Assembly: GCF_036321535.1 (NCBI RefSeq)
Contig: NC_087436.1
Span: forward strand, 81,036,001-81,100,000
Source of the DNA: Camelus dromedarius
Lineage: Eukaryota
DNA: 64,000 bases
Direction: 5' to 3'
Made by a program: the position numbers and the translations under genes. The notes beneath the pieces were generated by a model. That model saw only the letters and a list, made by a program, of their open reading frames with translations. It had not been told where the DNA came from and ran no database searches. Below, piece by piece: positions 22,898-36,000 of the stretch (position 1 is the stretch's first letter; each line of letters starts with the position of its first letter).

Positions 22898-25800
22898 TTG
22901 AGAGGGCCATGGACTGGATACTCTCTCCTTCTCTGTGAGGTCTCTGGACTGGCAGAGGGGAAGAGGAGAGCAAGGGCAAATGCATCTCTGCATAAGAGCC
23001 TATCGCTGCAAGGAGACTACAAGGCCATCTTGGTAGCTCCTGTTTCTCTGGCTAACTTATGGCTATTTATGACCATCTCGACTGCCTGGGACGTTGGAGG
23101 TGGGGCTGTATCTTGTCCTCTTTTTTGTCACTTTTCAGCACTCAGAATGGACAGTACACCCACATTTTCTTGCTACTAGGAGCTCATTACCAGGCCCCTG
23201 TCTTCCCTGGTTAAACTTGAACTCCTGGAAATCCATGCATGGTCACCACGACAAATGTGGCACTGCAGGCTTCTCCACACTGCTGCAGAATTTTCTCTGC
23301 CCAGCGGTCCTTTTGTCCATCACTCAGGGCTATGTGAGGAGCAGCCTAAGCACGTGACAAACAGAGGAGCGAGCTGCCCGGCTCCCTAGCTGCTAGTGAT
23401 TTTCCTGGAGTTCGTTCTCCTTTTGGAGGGGGTTTTGGCTTTCCCCCAGTCTTCTTTCTCTAGGCAGGAAGGAGAGGACTGGTGCTGGCCACGGTGGTAA
23501 TATCTGATGGCATTGGCTTCTATTCTTTTATCTCTTAGGACTGGAAGGCACTTAACATCTCTTTATTTCTGGTTTAGATTCCAGAAGTCAGTTTGGGACA
23601 ATAGGATAATTTCTACTCAACACCCTAGTATAAAAACTTACATCATACTTTTATGCTTTTTCAATTACAACTTATAAATCAAATGCACATACTTTTTTTT
23701 CTCCCATATAAGACTACCATTTTCTCATTAACTAATAATTCTAGAGATTATCAAAATTCTTCGTATGTCTGATTTCCTGTGATATTACCTTGAAACGATA
23801 TTCTGTTCCACTTATGAGCCAGGTACTCACCATATGTACAAATATGACTTAATATTTTAAAATATTAAAGTACTAAAGACATATCATAAGTACTATATAT
23901 ATTTTAACTATGCTAAATTATTTTTTTCTTTTTTAACTCATTTTTCCTGTTTGTGTCATAGTCATAGAAGAGATTAACAGAATCAGTTCAATGTATTAGC
24001 AGAACAGAACCCTCAGCTCATTTTTGTGAACCTGGATTCCTACTTAAATATATTTTTCCTGATATGGAATCACAATTGCTTAAATAATGTGTCATCCCTC
24101 ACTGAAGTTTAAAAAAAATTAGTTTAGGTAAGTAGATGCTCATCTTCCACCAGGCCTACCTTGTGGCCAATCTTGAGAAACTGTTAGATGGATGACTAGA
24201 ATAAAGAACCAAATCTGTAGATGGGAGCCTACTGACCTAGACGTGGGCTGAATACACAATAGTCCTGGCCTTGCTTGCAGTGGGCACTGATTATTTGAAT
24301 AAACCAACATAACCCTAACTTAGCTGTATTACTTAACATTCAGAACCTTCTCCAGAGAAAGCCGAAAACATCAAAAGTAAGAATCTAATACATTTTGGGG
24401 CAGCTTTTCAGTGTGAAATAACCTATTTTGAACCTTTTCCTAGTTGTTTTTAATTTTTTTTTTTAATGACTAGACATAATACTTACATTTTTCTCTAGAT
24501 TTTAAAGAGAAAATTGGCATCCTGTCAGTGTTGGTTTTTATAATACACCTTGTGATGCAGGAGCCAGGGGTTCCTCTCCTGGGTTCTGGACTTCATTCTT
24601 CCACGAGTGGAGGGCGGCACTTTGTGCCTCCCAGTACCTCCACTGTTAAAGGAAAAGATGGAACTGATGGTTTCAGATTTGCTCTTGACCCCAGATTTCT
24701 AGAAGCTTTGCCTAGCCCCACAGACGCTGCAGCTTTCTAAACATCAAACTCTCACGGTTCTTCCTGTGCGCTAATGCTTTTAATTATTTCCCTTATCATT
24801 ACATTTATCTATAAAATGTTCATTGCAATATCCACAGATATTTTGGAAATGGGGCACTTTACATTTTGAGCATCCTAGGGGAAAATGAGCAGTAATTCCA
24901 TTTTCAAACCAGGCAAAGATTTCATAAATGCTCCAAGTGTTCTATGTAAGTTTTTATTTTGAATATTTATGCAAAAATCTTTGGTGAAGACAGTTTTAGT
25001 CATTATCACAGTGACACAATTGCTTATCTAAAATATTTACTGTTTTCAAAACTTCCTCTTTAAAGTGTCATCATTTCACATGCAATTGTGATAAAAAGGC
25101 AATGTTTATTTAAAATGTTTCTCTTTTTTGACTCTTACAAAAGGCTTGAGAATATTTTAAAGATGCAACAATGATTTTGCTTCCCCTGCAGCCCTTTCCT
25201 TCCAAAATTACGAGATGCAAAGCTCATGAAATAGAAAACTTGGCTGAGTTTTTTAAATGTGCATAAATCATTCATCTGGCTGTTGTTTACTACTTGAGAT
25301 TCTATCAGTGAATTCCTTTTTCAAAGCAGAGACTGCCACATTCTTTGTGTCACTGTCCACAACATTTACAGTGGGGTCCATTAAGTATCAGGTGTTAATT
25401 TTCAAATCTTGTAACATAGCATAGTATTACTGGGGAGGAAATAAACTCTCAAAATACTTACAGATCTCAGGTAATAGTCTGAATTGAAAGTTTCAAGATA
25501 TTTTAATTATGGCATTTTGAATCACATAATTTGCTTTGATCATAGAAAAAATTATCGGTGGAAGCAATATCTGTTGCCTTTCCAGATTTACACATCTCTG
25601 ATCAGCTGCTTGAACAGAAACTGCCTTTTGGTATCTCACCTGTTCTCTCCTCTTCTATCCTGAATTGGGAAGTAGGCGTCAGGGGATGCTATCCTTGAGG
25701 ACTTTTATTTTGTGGCATTCCACATAGTTGATACTTTTCTATCCTTCCTGTTTTGATGTCTGCCTGAACATTTAAAATTTTTCTCTTGTGAATTGTATTA

Positions 25801-26009
25801 GCACTTTCACTGAATTCTCAGAAACTAATATAATAATAAGCTTTCTTATTTTAGAGTGTAACTGACTCAAGCCACGCCTCAATTTCTAATGTTTTATTAG
25901 AGTGGCAATTAAAAATAGTTTCAGCTGATAAATGTTGGAGATACATTTTGAGAGGTAATCCCTCACTCTACTGTGGCTTTTCAGGGAGCTGAAAGGGAAT
26001 GAGTGTTTG

Positions 26010-26180
26010 TTGTGAACTCTTTTGTGCCATGTTCTCTGCTCAGTGCTCTATTTGCATTACTATCTCATTAATTCTCATAGCAACACTATCTGCAGAGGTT
26101 TTAATCTATGGGGAAACTAAGCTTCTTGAAGATTAAAATAATCTATGTTCCAAAGATAACAAATGGCAAAACCAGGCAGC
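26010..26180 (-). mobile_element. MIR SINE, degraded
   Basis: tgtgcca...attactatctcattaattctcatagcaacacta...ggggaaactaag. Confidence 0.65.
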
Positions 26181-29100
26181 CCTGATGAAGAACCCATCAT
26201 TCGAAATAATGATGACAATTTAGAGGCAACCTAGAGTTCTAGGAATTACGTTAATAACTCATGGTTTTTCCTGAGTGGCCCTAGGCTAGGGGTTGTTGGC
26301 CTTCTGTAGATGATACTTGGCAGATTGGGAGGTATGCACAGAGTATGTACCCAGGATGGCATACGGAGTCTGCTCACACCCGTTTGCCTACGTCTAATAC
26401 ACAGTTCTGCAGTCACTCCTGAAGTGAATCGCTGTTGGCTCTGTAGGCATTTGCAGGTGGTCCCCACTTTTAGCTGATTCACATGGCACCACTCTGATTC
26501 ATTAACACCACCTGATTCAAACCTGAGGTTTATTTTTGGCTGTCTTTACTAACCTATACAATGAAGAGGATTCATGGGCAAAAGCAGATGTGATGCTTTC
26601 TGTTTCTGACACAAGACAACAGTGATACATTGCAGTGGCTGATGACTGTCCACTAAATTTCTGTTCATAAAATGGAAATGGCTAACCAAGAAATGTCCCA
26701 TGGACTGTCCTTTTAGACATGTGACAGGGAACTGAGGAAAACACATCCTAGCCTATCAGAACCACCTTCTGCCACTCACTTTCAGGGATTCCTATGGAAA
26801 CAAATCTGGAGTGTACTTCTGGTGGCTGAAGTCCTAAAGAGGATCCTGAGAGCGTCCCCGGTAAAGCTATTCTTTTAAATCGTGTAGCCGTTTTAGGGTT
26901 ATGACTTTAGAAGCTGAAAGGCTTATAAGACTCAAACACCTGCTGAGAGGATGATGTTGGAGAATAGATTGGGGCATTTCTTTCAAGGAAAAAATAATTT
27001 TTATAATTTCAAGGAATTGAGAAGTGAAGGATATTCACCTTCCCTTTGTTCTCCTTAATTTGTTCCCAAGGAATAAAGTTCTGCTTTGGTAGGTCACGAC
27101 TGAGGGCATTTTCACTGGCCATTGTGCTAGGGGTAGTCCAGTAATGGGTTAAAAAGTCCAGTCTGGAGCATGTGCAGACATTAATCCCCACTGCCCTGTA
27201 GTTCCCCAGGGACTAATAGCTAAAGAAGAAAAGAGCCAATTATCTCTTTACACTTTGCATCTAGTTATTTCTTGCCCCAACATATAGACCTGATCCTGAT
27301 GCCTCATTGGAGGAACAGTTTCTGACTCCCTGAATCTCTCTGAGTTTCTAAGTCTCTTTTTGTGGCTCTGCACCTCCCTATGCTGCTTCCCTATTACCTT
27401 TCTCCATTCTGTCTTCTCAGGGCTTGGTTCTGGGGGCTCTTGCCCTCTCTAGGAAGGTCACAGTGGATGGCTCCTTGCTTTGGGAAATTATCTTGCTCTC
27501 TTTCTTTCTCTGTCTATTTCTCTCTACCTCCCTTTCTTTCATTCTCACTCTCATTCTGTTCACTCTTTTGCTGAGTGAGGCATTACATCCCAGTGGAGTG
27601 ATAAGAACTGAGACTTGGATTTGGGCTTTGGGGTAGTAATAAAGAAGGTAAGACACTGCAATTCAAGGCTTCTTATACTCCCCTTGCATAGAGAAGGACT
27701 CTGCTTTTGTCAATATTATCTTACCAGAGATCAGTCTATGCAGGAGCTTTGGGCCAAAGCCTCACCAGTAATAAAGCGTTTTGGGTCTTGCTTTACAGCC
27801 TTTGTGTCAGTCTCATGGTGACAGTTGATTGGTTGAATGAAAGATTTCTACCTTCTCTGTGAAATGCTATCAGAATAACATTTTAGTGGTATGCCAATCC
27901 ACATATCTCAAATAAAATGGAGCTTGGATATTTACTGTTCTACCATTTTATAGAAGAGGAAACTGAAGATTGGAGAATTGTACAATTTTGTATGCAGATG
28001 TTCTCATGCTCAATAAAGTTGAGAATTGCTTAGATTTGCATAGCTCATGTTTTTGAGCAGAGCTTCAAATATAGGTCTTCTGCTGTAAGCACTGGAACCA
28101 GAGAAGAGATCCTAATCCAGGATGTGCCTGCTTCTTAAAATGGGGGATTGATGAATTCTCTATCAGAATTGTGGAAGTATTTATAGTAATCAAAAAAAAA
28201 ATCTGTGTAAGTATTATTTAATAAAAGACTGTTTCATATTTTCAATAGCTATGTTTTGTTCATAATCACTTTGGCCCCAAGTAGTATTCCTTAATAGACC
28301 CAGTAAAAGAACAGGGGTGCATTTAATACAGAAAATGTTTCATTCCCTTAAAGTGAAGGCCAAATGATGTCACCTTTCGATACTGTCTGAACAAAGCTTT
28401 CTCAGTCATTAGGACAGAGGTAAGTGGTAGGCAAGTTGAGGCATCACATGTTGCCTGTGCCAAAGTAAACAGAACCTTATTCATGCTGTAAGTGATAATT
28501 AATTTTTTTAAAAAATCATCTAGTAGATCACATTAAGAATTTATAATTTATGATTATCATTATAATAAATTATAATGAGGGGGACAGCTGTTTAACATGC
28601 AGCAGTAACATTGTAAAGTGCTGTGAAGGAAATGACTAGATACCTAGACAGACAATAAAGCAGTGGTAGAGCGGCGTGGGGATGCTGAAGAATGAAGAAA
28701 ACTCAGTCATGCAAGAAGAGGGAAGAACATTCTGGGCCAAGGGAGTAGCATGCTCAGGGAAAACAGGCCTGTGTCCTGGTGACTTCATTAGCAAGGAGTT
28801 TCTGACTGTCCCTGACTTTTTGTTGGAAATGGGTTCAGCACAATCAGCAGGCGAGGTTGCTCTTCTCCACCAGCCCGTCCCTTAGTGGTGTGCATGCACA
28901 TGATCAGACTCTCTACCAAAGTCTCTCTTTGCTTTTTATCCTATAAGGATGATGCTTTCTGCTTGCTAAATGCCTTGTGCTGCCCTTTAATATAGTAGCT
29001 TTTGTTTGTTTAAGAGAAAGTCAAATCATGTATCATTTCACTCTACCCTTCCCTGATTCTCTTCATTCTCTGCCTAGCCTGGAGCATGGGGGTGGAAATT

Positions 29101-31804
29101 AGTAGCTACTTCCTGTAATTTCCCACAGAGTTCTGTGAATATCTATAGGATAGCTCTAGTCATATAGAATTGCTTTTAACTCTCCTGACCCCTTGAGTCC
29201 TAAAGACTTTCTCACAAAGCAGTGTCTGGCAACACAGTATGTACTCAATTAACATTTATTGACTAAAGAAGTATCATAAACTCATGTTCAACATGAACAT
29301 CTAACTCTTTGAAGTGTAGTCATAAAAAATCACCATGGAGGAGTACACATTTTTCAAAGTGAAAACACTCTACTTTTACTTACACCTGAGATTGTTTTTA
29401 AGTCAGTAATTGGGGGCTAAAATAAACTAATTCTTTATTTTCTTCCTAAGGTTACAAAAACATTTGCCTTATATTTTATAGTCAATGAAAACTTTCTAAC
29501 TTGCATGGGAGGGGTACAAAGGCAGTGATTGCTGAAGTCTTTGTGTCCTGGATACTTAACCTTTCTCTCTGACCCATAAGGTTTCTAATTTAAAGTTAAA
29601 CTCATTTAAAATGGAGAAGCGTGAGGCATGCTGTCGCCTCTCTAAAGGCCATCAGGTGATGTCCTTAGAGGTAAATCACCTGCAAGGTGAAGCTTGCAGG
29701 GGAAGACGACTTTGTGAAAGAAATTGCACTGGGCCTCAGAGCCATTAGCTTATGATGGATAGAGATTCTGTAAACTCGACCACCTCCTCTTATCTCTGTT
29801 CAGTGAAGATTCTGTGGGCATTTGCGTGGAGGTGAATTACATTTGAATACAAATGGAACTGGGATCTAGCAGGGATCACGGGACCTGGATTTATTCCTAA
29901 CTCTGCCACTGAAAACCTGAACAATTAATGAATCTGAGGCTCCTTTGCGCCTTAAAAAACAAACAATCAAATAAACAAACAAACCAAAAAAACCCAGAAG
30001 AGGATTTCTAATATTTTTTAGCTTGAAATTTTGATAATTCTTTAAATATACCTTTTATTAATATTCCATGAGTTTCGTTAACCTTGTGATGCAAGAAAAA
30101 AGCCAGAGGACAGGACACTGTAGCACTAGTAAGCTTGACTAGGGAAAAAAAGTTTTTTTTTTATATTTACTATTTGAACAAGTTCTTTTTATCATGTAAT
30201 TATGATAATGGCCAGTTTGGGGGCATGTCTGAAAATTTACTAGATAATGAATCTGGTTCCTATTAACATTCTACACCTACGGCTAATCCATTAGCTAGAA
30301 ATTTATACACTTTCATTTCCTTTGGTTCCCAATATCAAGCTATTCTCATCTCTGATCCTCTCATTTGAGCCTAATAATTCCTCTTGGAATGTAGTTAGAG
30401 CCATATCTTCCACTAGTGCATCAAGTTTGTTAGGGTGGGGACTGGCTATGTATGCTTCAAGGAAGCCAACTCATCAGGTTTTCTTTATCAAATTTATTAC
30501 AAAGGAAGTTCATTTTTTACAACGAAAGTAAAGGATACTGTGTGCATTTTGAGAGAAATTTTACATTTTGTGTTTTTTGTGCCTTTTTTAGTTTGAGACA
30601 TCCACCATCAAAATACTTAGATAAACATGTACAGTGCATACTAATCCTGCATGTTAAAGAATGCTTTTAAAGTAGATTCAAGAATTAAAAAAAAAATAGA
30701 ATGTAGATTTTCATTTTACAAACATTTTCCTCTTAATTATAAGTCCAGAAGTTAAATTTAATGTTTTTCAAGGTCATTTTTGCAAATTTCCACAGCATGC
30801 CATATTTTTGTACCAGTTACCATAATATGTTTTTTGCATGTTTATTTTGATTATTCCCTTTTTAAGAAGGGAAAGAGAATTCCCTCTGAAAGCAGTGCTT
30901 AATATGTGAATGCCAAACAGTGGATTGGTAGCACAAAGATGCTAATATTTAGAAAATGACTATTTAATGTAAATGAGATTTTAATTTGTTTCGGATGGGA
31001 AAATTTTCTTTCTTCCTCCCTTCTTATTTCTCTCCCTTTCTTCCTTCCTTCTTGCCTTTTCTTTAATTAAAATAAGCAATCATTGAGTACCTGCTACCTG
31101 CCATATTTTCCCTCCAGAAGAAAATACTTTATAGTAGAAATTTTACTGCTAGAAACTCCCCACAACTTTTATCAAAATTCTTAGTGTATTTAAAGTAGAC
31201 CTATGGATATGTTTAAAATTTAACATACATGCTCTCACTTTTTTTTTCAATGAATTTGCAACAGTTCTTTAAATATGTATGGGAAAAAGTTAAAAAGTAG
31301 TCAAATAGAAACAAATGTCACTGATCTTAGTTTTCACATTTGTAAAATCAAAGGGCTCACTAAAATGGTTCATAGTGCCCTTCCCTGGCCCACCAGTAAC
31401 CTGTGGGGTCTGCAGTCATAACTGATTTGCTAGCACTGTTGGGAGACTGGTAACCACGCCTCTACTAATTCTCATCTGCTCTCCACTTTTATCAAAAACA
31501 CACATTTCCGTGACACTCAGCCTGGAATTACGGAGTGAGTCTGGAAAACCAGAATGGCAAGTGTAGTATAAGCAGCTTCAACCTTAGCGTCACTGTGCTT
31601 CTGTGTCAATAAGCTATAAGGCCTGTCACAAGTCATTAATTAAAATGTTAAAGCTTGAGAAAAATTTACTTTTTTAAAAAATAAATTTCAGTGCATTCTA
31701 GATCATCCTTATAATGCTCACACTCTGACATTCCTTCATTGAAAGAGAAAGGGATGGGATTGCACATAAAGCCCTGAGAATTGGCCGTAAGTCAAAACAT
31801 AATT

Positions 31805-31920
31805 ATGTTAAAGGATTGTTGTGAGCATTAAATAGCAGCTGTGAGCTGCTACATATAAGGTACTTAGCGTGATACCTGGCATGTAGAAAATACTTAGTAT
31901 ATGTTAGTTAATAGTATTAC
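31805..31920 (+). mobile_element. MIR 3' fragment
   Basis: ggattgttgtgagcattaaat...cttagcgtgatacctggcatgtag...atgttagtta. Confidence 0.7.
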
Positions 31921-33647
31921 TTGACCATAAACAACCAACCACTACCAACACAACAAACTTTTGCTATTACTAGCTTTACTGCCACGTATTTGTATCATGT
32001 CAGAAGCAAAAACAGGTTCAAAAACCTCTGACCTAACATACAGTCTAACCCATGATCTCAGGCAGGTTTGTCAGCTGTCGGTCCTGCTCTTCTTTTCCCT
32101 CCCCAAGGCAGACTTGCCCACGGACTCCATCCCAGCACTCCTTCCCCACTAGCTTGGTAAAATTGAAATCTTTCTTAATATAGCATTCTAGGCAGCCACA
32201 AAAAATTGGTCAGTTATCGTAAGAGGTGAAACTATCTGCCAGCCTAGCCTCGGATTCAATAGCCATTAAATTGGCCCTCTAATCCATATATAAGAAAAGG
32301 AATCTCATTTTCCATTTCAGAGTACTTACTAAAATAACATCTATCTCTTCTGAATATAAGTATTCAGAACAGCAAGAATGCATTAGAATTCAGTAGTGGC
32401 TCATTCTCTCTAAAATATGTGGCAAATGAGTCTTTTGTAACCCCACAAAAGTCCTATATTTTGCCAATCTATTCACCAATGTCCCTAAATTAAAGATAAA
32501 ACAAAACAAAACAAAAGCATTGCTTAAAATTTACCTCAGTTGGTAAACATTGCAGTTCTATTTACTTGCTTTTTACGACAGCCTTGTTCTGTTTTTGCTC
32601 TCTTCCTTTCACCTCAGTCTGCCAAATGTGTTTGTGGTCAACACAACCCCCTCTCCTCTCTCAGACTTGGACAAATAATCTATTTTGTGTATTGAATAGA
32701 TTTTGCTGAATATGAAAATTTTCCTCTAATCAAAGAAATGGTGCACAGTGAACTGGCAACCCGAACACAACAAGGAATAACCCCTTTCTCAGACTGATGG
32801 AGCATAGCAGGCAGCGGGAAGCTCCTTTCCATTCAGACATCCAAAATACAAAGATCCCATGAGAAATGAATGTCTCTTGGCCAACCATGGATACATTGTT
32901 TATTTTATGCCCAGTTCATTTTGTACCTAGCAAGTGATAACACAAAGCACCTAATGGTAAACAAATCAGGTGGTATTTATAGTTATCTGGTAAGCATGAG
33001 GCAAAATGGCAAAGTTTCTTTAAAGAATCAAGGTAGTCACTTAGATTGAGATTCATGGTTTAATTTTCTCACTGAATTTAAGTGTGTTGCATTTGCTCAT
33101 AAATGCAAATAACTCTGCTGAATTAGAAAACTGGTACCTTCTTTTCCTCTGTGGTTTATGTAAAAAGACTTTGGGGAGCATAAAGGAAATTGCTGTTAGA
33201 AAAATGGGTTAGATAGAGAAATACAAGTAAGGGCAATGAAAGAAGTATAAAATGAAAGAGGAAGTGAAAACAAGCTTCACAGGATGGTTTCAGAGACAGA
33301 AATAACTGAAAAAGAAACATTACAAAGATAAATGTAGCTTGTAAATTACAGACTTTTATAAACTATATTCACTTCCCAAGAGGTCTAATAATGCTAACTG
33401 TAGGCATCACAGTGTGACTGGCTCAATTTGATTGGTTATACTAAAATGATTAACAAAATGTTAAGGTTGACCTGGTAGTGAGGATCTTACAAATACATAA
33501 AACATGTTGTGGTCTAATTTACCACTAAGAACTGAATCTGTCCAAACTTCCAGCTCCTTCCTGAATGCCAGTGCCTAGCATGTATATAACTACTCCCATC
33601 AGAGAACTGATCACACTTTCCTTTTAGTTAAAAATCAGTATCATTTT

Positions 33648-35416
33648 AGAAGATTCTGGGAAGATGGTGGCATAGGAAGCACCAGGAATATGTCTCCCCA
33701 ACTAGATAGCAGTTGTGCTGGCAAAATCTGTCTGATGTAACTATTTTGAAACTCTGAGGGCTATTGAAAGCCTGTAACTTCCAGGGGCAGGCAGGGCTGA
33801 TACACTGCATTTAATTTTGGTCAGTTTCAGCTCTTAGCAGAATAGCAGCTACCCATCATCCACCCCCAGCCACATGGCAGGCAGCTGTGCGTATGTTCTA
33901 GGAACAGCTTGCATACAACTTATGAGAGCCAGGATGGGCAAAAGGGGCCCTGTCCTCCAGATTTTGGGCATCTGTACTCTGATCACTCATTGCTGCTTCT
34001 AATCGCAGAAGTGCAATGAAGCAGGCATCCATTGTTGTTTCATCACCTGCCATTGCTGCAAGCCCCTCAGCTGAAGTGACTTCCAGGAAATTTAAAGGGC
34101 CTGCACCTCTCCCTCTTCATTTTTCTCTTTTTCCTTTTTGGAAGTTAGATATGAAATGCTATGACATTCAAAAGCAATCGCATATAGGAAGAGAATTGGA
34201 AAGTGACTGTACATGCTCAGGGAAAAGTGCAGTCTCAGAAAAGATGTGAGAAGACATTAAGTTTACAATTCAGAGTGATCCTTGGCACAGAGACAGACTA
34301 CAACAATTAAAAAAAAAAGACAATAAACAAAACAGTAACAAAAATAGTAAGCTCTGGGGAAGGGGGAGAATTTGATTTCCAGAGTTACCACATTGTCAAA
34401 TTCAAATGTCTAATTTGCAACAGAAAATCACAAGATATACAAGAAATAGGAATGTATGGGTTATTTAAAGGAAAAAAAAAAATCAACAGAAACTGTCCCT
34501 GAAAAAGAACAAATGGTGGCTTTACTGGAAAAACACTTTAAAACAACTGTCTTAAAGGTGCCCAAAGAATTAAAGGAAGATGTGGAGAAAGTCAAGAAAA
34601 CAATATATGAACAAAGTGGCAGTATCAGTAAAGAGACAGAAAATCTACAAAGAAGCCAACAAGAAATTTTGGAGCTGAAAAATAAAATAAATAAGAAATT
34701 CACCAGAGTAATTCAAAGGCAGACTTGAGCAGACAAAAGAAATAATCAGTGAGCTTAAAGATAAGACAATGGAAATTACTGAATCTGAAGAACAGAAAGA
34801 AAAAAAAAAAGATGACAGAAAAGTGAACAGAACCTAAGGAATCTGTGAGACACCATTAAGTGGATATCTATGCATCGTGGGAATCTCAGAAGGAGAGGAG
34901 AGAAAGAGACAAAGAGAATATTTGAAGAAATAATGGCTGAAAACGTCCCAAATTTGATGAAAGATATAAATATAAACACCTAAGAAGTTCAGTGATGAAG
35001 TAAGATGAACTCAAAGAGAACCACACCAAGATGCATTGCAGTCAAAGTAATGAAGACAAAGAGAATCTTGAAAGCAGCAGGACAGAAGTGACTTGTTACA
35101 TAAATGAGATGTACAATAAGATTTTCAGCAGATTTCTTATCAGAAAATGTGGAGGTCACAGGCAGTGGGTTGCAATATTCAAAGTGCTAAAAATTAAAAA
35201 AAACAAACTGTTAAACAAGAATTCAATATCCAGCAAAACTATCTTTCAAAAGAGAGGGAGAAATTAAGGCATTCCCAGAAAGACAAACGTTGAGGCAGTT
35301 TGTTACCACTAGACCTGCCTTGCAAGAAATGCTCAAGGGAATCCTGCAGGGTGAAATGATAGGACACTAGGCAGTAACTTGAAGTTGTATAAAGAAATAA
35401 AGGTCTCAATAAAGGA
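33648..35416 (+). mobile_element. Old L1M 5' end: 5' UTR plus decayed ORF1, 3'-truncated
   Basis: Starts gaagattctgggaagatggtggc. ORF 34456-34728 is an ORF1p coiled-coil-like peptide (KELKEDVEKVKKTIYEQ...QEILELKN). Also gaatatttgaagaaataatggctgaaaac and ttgttaccactagacctgccttgcaagaaatgct (ORF1 end), with frameshifts and stops. Confidence 0.9.
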
Positions 35417-35569
35417 GAAGGATGAGCCTGAAATGACCCAATGGTATGAAATCACTGAAAATTCAATGAAGACACTGCTGAAATATTTTACAGAATGAGC
35501 AAATTCATTATATTTTATCACATTAAAATTTATATAAATGTGCATGTGTACATAATTTTGCATAATTAT

Positions 35570-36000
35570 ATAAATGGAATCGTCCTCATTCAGCCACTAC
35601 TACCTATCTTTACCTAGCAACCTCCTCCAAGTTCACCCTCCAACACTTGGAAGTATGTTGCTGGTTTTTGAAATACAGCGGTTTTTTGGATACTTCTCTT
35701 TCCTTCTTTTCCTTTTCATCTTCTCCGCAGAGAAAAAGTATTCCATGTTAAAAACCTAATACATTTCCTTCTATATTTTCCCATATGCATATAATTACAT
35801 GAAATACACACATACATGAATATTTATGCTTACCATTACTTGTAATATATACAGTATGGGAAGGTATGTACCTTTACAAATATTGTATCATATTGTGCCT
35901 AATTTTCTCTATCCTGCTTTTCTCACTCAACAATATATAGGATCCTAATTCCTCCAAGGGAACTAGCATACTCTCTGATTTATTGTTTTGTTGGCTTCAT
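35570..36000 (-). mobile_element. Old L1ME-like 3' fragment
   Basis: cctgcttttctcactcaacaatata and general antisense L1ME composition. Confidence 0.45.

Noticed and set aside
28406..28419. 14-nt microexon ahead of a consensus GAG|GTAAGT donor
   Set aside because: Upstream pyrimidine tract is too short; isolated consensus donors are common in long introns.
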